Source: the human T2T-CHM13v2.0 reference genome, Homo sapiens
Assembly: GCF_009914755.1 (NCBI RefSeq)
Contig: NC_060926.1
Reading direction: 5' to 3' (one strand)
Length of the DNA stretch: 64,000 bases
In this document: one piece after another, positions 60,345 through 64,000 of the stretch
Numbering within the stretch: position 1 is the stretch's first letter
Layout of the letters: each line of letters opens with the position of its first letter
Made by a program: the position numbers and the translations under genes
Notes under the pieces: generated by a model
What the model saw: the letters and a program-made list of their open reading frames with translations, nothing else
What the model was told of the DNA's origin: nothing
The model's database searches: none

Positions 60345-60525
60345 AAGTTGGCTGGAGCCAGCTGGTGGTGACTTGCCAGAGACTCTGGTTAAATAGGAAT
60401 TTTGCAAGCTGGTTGTTAAACCATTGGTAGCTTGAAATCAGCCTTGGTGGGAGTATTTATAACCCAGAAATTGGCAAATACTACAAATCAAGTCTTGCCT
60501 CCAGCAGCTTACCAGTAGTCCACAG
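60345..60525. mobile_element. MER63A-like hAT MITE
   Basis: ggaattttgcaagctggttgttaaaccattggtagcttgaaatcagccttggtgggagtattta..ttggcaaatactacaaatca. Confidence 0.8.
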
Positions 60526-60944
60526 CTTACCTGCTCCTCTTAGTACCAATGAAAACACCTACATCACCTCGTTTTAATAGCGACAAACTTGAGAATTTTT
60601 GATACAAATATTTACTAGGAAAAAAAGAAAAGAAATAGCTTCACTTCTCCTCCTTCAAAAGCTTTGGAACAGAAGTCCTTTATCAAGTACAGATTTCTAC
60701 TCTTAATGTTAACCAGAGGTTTGTTCAAAACAGGCAAGTTGTCCCAGCTTTTGGGGGCAGTTCAATTCCTTTCCCTAAGCCCATGCTTAGCTGAGATATT
60801 TACCCCCAAATTTCCTTTTAAAATTCCCTCATTTTCCCCATCCCAGCACCTCCAGCTTCCTGAAGGCAGCTGTCTCCTGACACCATCCCTAGTGTAAGGC
60901 ATCAGTCTCTTCTTTGGTTCTTTTTGACTCGAGAAGCCATTCCA

Positions 60945-61240
60945 GGCCAGGTGCGGTGGTTCACACCTGTAATCCCAGCACTTTGGGAGGCCGAGGCAGG
61001 CCGATCACTTGAGCCCAGGAGTTCGAGACCAACCTGGCCAACATGGTGAAACCCCATCTCTACTAAAAATAGAAAAATTACTTGGGTGTAGTGGTGTATG
61101 CTTTTAATCCCAGCTACTGGGCAGGTTGAGACATGAGAATCACTTGAACCCAGGAGGTGGGTGTTGCAGTAAGCCGAGATTGCGCCACTGCACTCCAGCC
61201 TAGACAAAAGAGCGAGACTGTCTACAAAGAAAAAAAAAAA
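60945..61240 (+). mobile_element. AluS
   Basis: Full dimer with poly-A. Confidence 0.93.
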
Positions 61241-61330
61241 TCCCTTCCTGGTGTACAGGGGCACACTGCCTGCCCCTGTTGGGTTTGTTTGTGAGGGACA
61301 ATGGCTGTTTCCCATTTCTCTACAGCATCA

Positions 61331-61555
<225 letters not shown>

Positions 61556-61669
61556 TCAAAAAAAGGACATGGATTCTGGAACCAATGGGTCAGAGTGTTG
61601 TGAGGAGATTGCCGGACTCCTGACGGGGATGCTGCCGTGTTTTCTGCCGGTAAACCCAGTGCCTTACAT

Positions 61670-61806
61670 TAATGACTTTATTTAACTTTAATTACCTTCC
61701 TAAAGGCCCAGTATCCAAATGCTGCCCCTCTGGAGATTACAGCTTCAACACATGAATGGTGTGTGTGTGTGTGGGGGGTGCGGTTACACATTTCAGCCCA
61801 TCACAA
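61670..61806 (-). mobile_element. MLT1B/C-like LTR 5' fragment
   Basis: ttaattaccttcctaaaggccc..tccaaat..cttcaacacatgaat..ttcagcccatcaca. Confidence 0.6.
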
Positions 61807-62918
61807 ATGGGACAGATTCTGTTTAAAAAATATTTACAAAAAAAGAAATCTCCCAATCTCCTCTAATTCTTTCTTTCAGTTTCAACAACTCTCCTTTAGG
61901 AAAGTCTTCCACGTGGTCTAAATTCTGCTCCATGCATGGTGACTCCAGTTTTTCTTCTGGCTTCAGTGAGGAAGGCGGAGAGCTAATTCCAGTTCTGCAT
62001 ATCTGTGGTTTCCTTCTGTGTAGCTACACGTATCCCTCTAAGTCTCCCCACTCAAAATTAATTTTTATTCATTCAAGTTTATAAACATGTGCAGTAATTT
62101 AAGGAGAGTTTCATGTAGCCAAATCAAACAAAATGTGATGGGGCTTTACAACTTTAAAAAGTGAGAACTTTTATTCCTAAATACACTCGTAAGACAATGG
62201 GTATGCAAATCACCATTACGTTACCCCTTATCCTTTTCTTCTTTTCCAACCAATTCCTCTTCCAATTCCTATTTCTTTCCCTAGTTGTGGGAGGGCATAA
62301 AATAAATCAGGGTGGAAGTCAGATAGCATGACTATTTGTTTTCTCCCTCTTCCTATCTAGTTTTTTTTTTTTTTCTCCATAAATTTAGGTTTCTGCCTTT
62401 CTCTTGGTGGGAGAGTTCTTGTGTTTGCCAGAGGTCTTTGCTCTGGACTCAGGCTGCTGGGGAGTAGTGAGGGGAGCTGGTATATGTTAGTGAAAGGGTG
62501 GCATTGGAAAAAGAAGTCCAAGGCTGAGTACATGTGACTCTTCTGTGTATATTTGCATTTAACAGGAAACTTCTGGAAGTAAGATGCCTGAATGCAAAGA
62601 ATCGAAGTGCCTGTGATGAGGATTTTAGGCAGGTCTGTGAGCGAGATAGTTGGAGGGTGTGCGGGGACTCCCTTTCAACCACACCATCTAGACAAGCATC
62701 TGCCTCTTTGCCATCCATCTCAGAGTGGCCCAGAGAGCTGGGGGCCAGGGAGGAGGCAGGGCTGGGACTCAGCCGTGGAGAAGTGTTGGGGCCGTGACTG
62801 TGTTCATGACACACACGTCCCCTCATCTCCGTGTGGTTATATCTGGACTGGGGGTTACTCTGCCCACATGAAGCCTCAGGTGCACAGGCTTGAAAGGAAC
62901 TGGGCCTGGGCCATGCCA

Positions 62919-62928
62919 GGGGCGGGGC
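62919..62928 (+). promoter_or_regulatory. GC box (Sp/KLF motif) in a GC-rich patch
   Basis: GGGGCGGGGC; motif match only. Confidence 0.25.
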
Positions 62929-63329
62929 TGGCAGTTGGCAACCCTGGGCAGTAGCCACCCTTCCCCCAGCGGAATCCTGAATCTCAGGACTTCAGAGGTG
63001 GGAGGCACCTTACAAGTGCAGCGAGTGCAAGTCTTTCGTTTCGCAGAGGAAGTCACTGAGGCCCTGGGGGCTCCACCCTCTTTCTGGGCTTGTCAGAGGC
63101 ATTTAAGAAATACACGTTGACTTGACATGACCCATGTGAAACGGGCGTAACGAGACTCCCTGCATGGCTGCTGGATTAGGCTGCCAGCAGCTGGGAATGA
63201 TTCTCCCTCTGTGGGTCTGAGCCTAAATGGTGGGCGCAGCAGAGGGGCACCCGGGTAGCTTTTTCAGGCTTGGGATGGGACAAGGTGAGCAGAGATTGAA
63301 AGCCTCCTTTCACAAATAAACTTGAGTTT

Positions 63330-63510
63330 AACAGAATGTCAGGGCTGGAAGGGACCTTACAAATCATTAGGATCAACCTGCCCTGAGGTTACAGATGAAT
63401 AAACTGAGGCCCAGAGATGGGAGGTGATCGGGCTGGTGAGTTGTTGGTTGACCTGGGCCTTGAACCCAGCAAGCAGCTTCCAAATTTATGCTCTCCCTGC
63501 TGTGCCATGG
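63330..63510 (-). mobile_element. MIR/MIR3
   Basis: agaatgtcagggctggaagggacctta..ttacagatgaataaactgaggcccagag. Confidence 0.75.
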
Positions 63511-64000
63511 GGCCTCTCTTGGCAGCAAGTTGCAAACCTGAGATTGATTGAATTGTTTGGATTCAGGGAGCATGTGAAGCATAAAGAAAATGAGGAGCAG
63601 GGAGGGATGCAAGCTGGATGTGATGAGACACAGCCTGGTTTTCCTTTATGCCGCCATTTTGTGACTTGAAGTGGAGCGAGAATTATTGTCCCACCAGTGA
63701 GACAGAACCATATAAATTAAAACTGCAATGAACTGTCTGCTGAAGGTGTGAACAAGGCAGATAAATCCCTGGGAGCTTAGAAAACATCTGCTCCTTACCT
63801 TGAAGGCAGAAACTTCACCGTAAAGCAGAAAAATCCAGGACTGGAATCTTTCACTTTCTCTGACGGGATATGTGAAGGCTGGGCCCCACCTTCAGATATA
63901 CTCCACATGGAGGGCGACTGTGAACAATCAGCTAAGGCTTCTCCCTTTCTCCTTGATGACTCTTGAATTCTCCTACTTTATCCCTGCCTATCTCAGTTCT

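Noticed and set aside
62449-63120. Overlapping 76-169 aa ORFs in a GC-rich patch
   Set aside because: Stop-poor because of GC content; no recognisable protein or splice structure, and partly overlapping a MIR-like fragment

Overview
This is primate (human-like) non-coding genomic DNA, intergenic or deep-intronic, and rich in interspersed repeats: about 22 Alus plus MIR, L2, old L1, MaLR/ERV LTRs and DNA-transposon relics, often nested with visible target-site duplications (TSDs). I found no intact protein-coding exon, tRNA, rRNA or CRISPR array, and the ORF track is essentially spurious. The only gene-derived feature is a near full-length, minus-strand processed pseudogene of DNAJB6 isoform b (about 5690-7615), interrupted by a THE1A LTR. 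The most interesting signals are: two MER41B LTRs that both keep perfect tandem STAT GAS motifs; an ancient CR1 ORF2 fossil with recognisable protein motifs (about 14.1-14.85 kb); a possible fossil of an R2/R4/NeSL-type reverse transcriptase (about 24.7-25.45 kb); a strong CTCF motif; a local 220-bp duplication beside a short telomere-variant array; and several mutational or retrotransposition oddities. I cannot support a novel multi-gene system here. Repeat subfamily names and boundaries come from visual recognition of consensus motifs, not from a RepeatMasker run, and are approximate unless TSDs are quoted.
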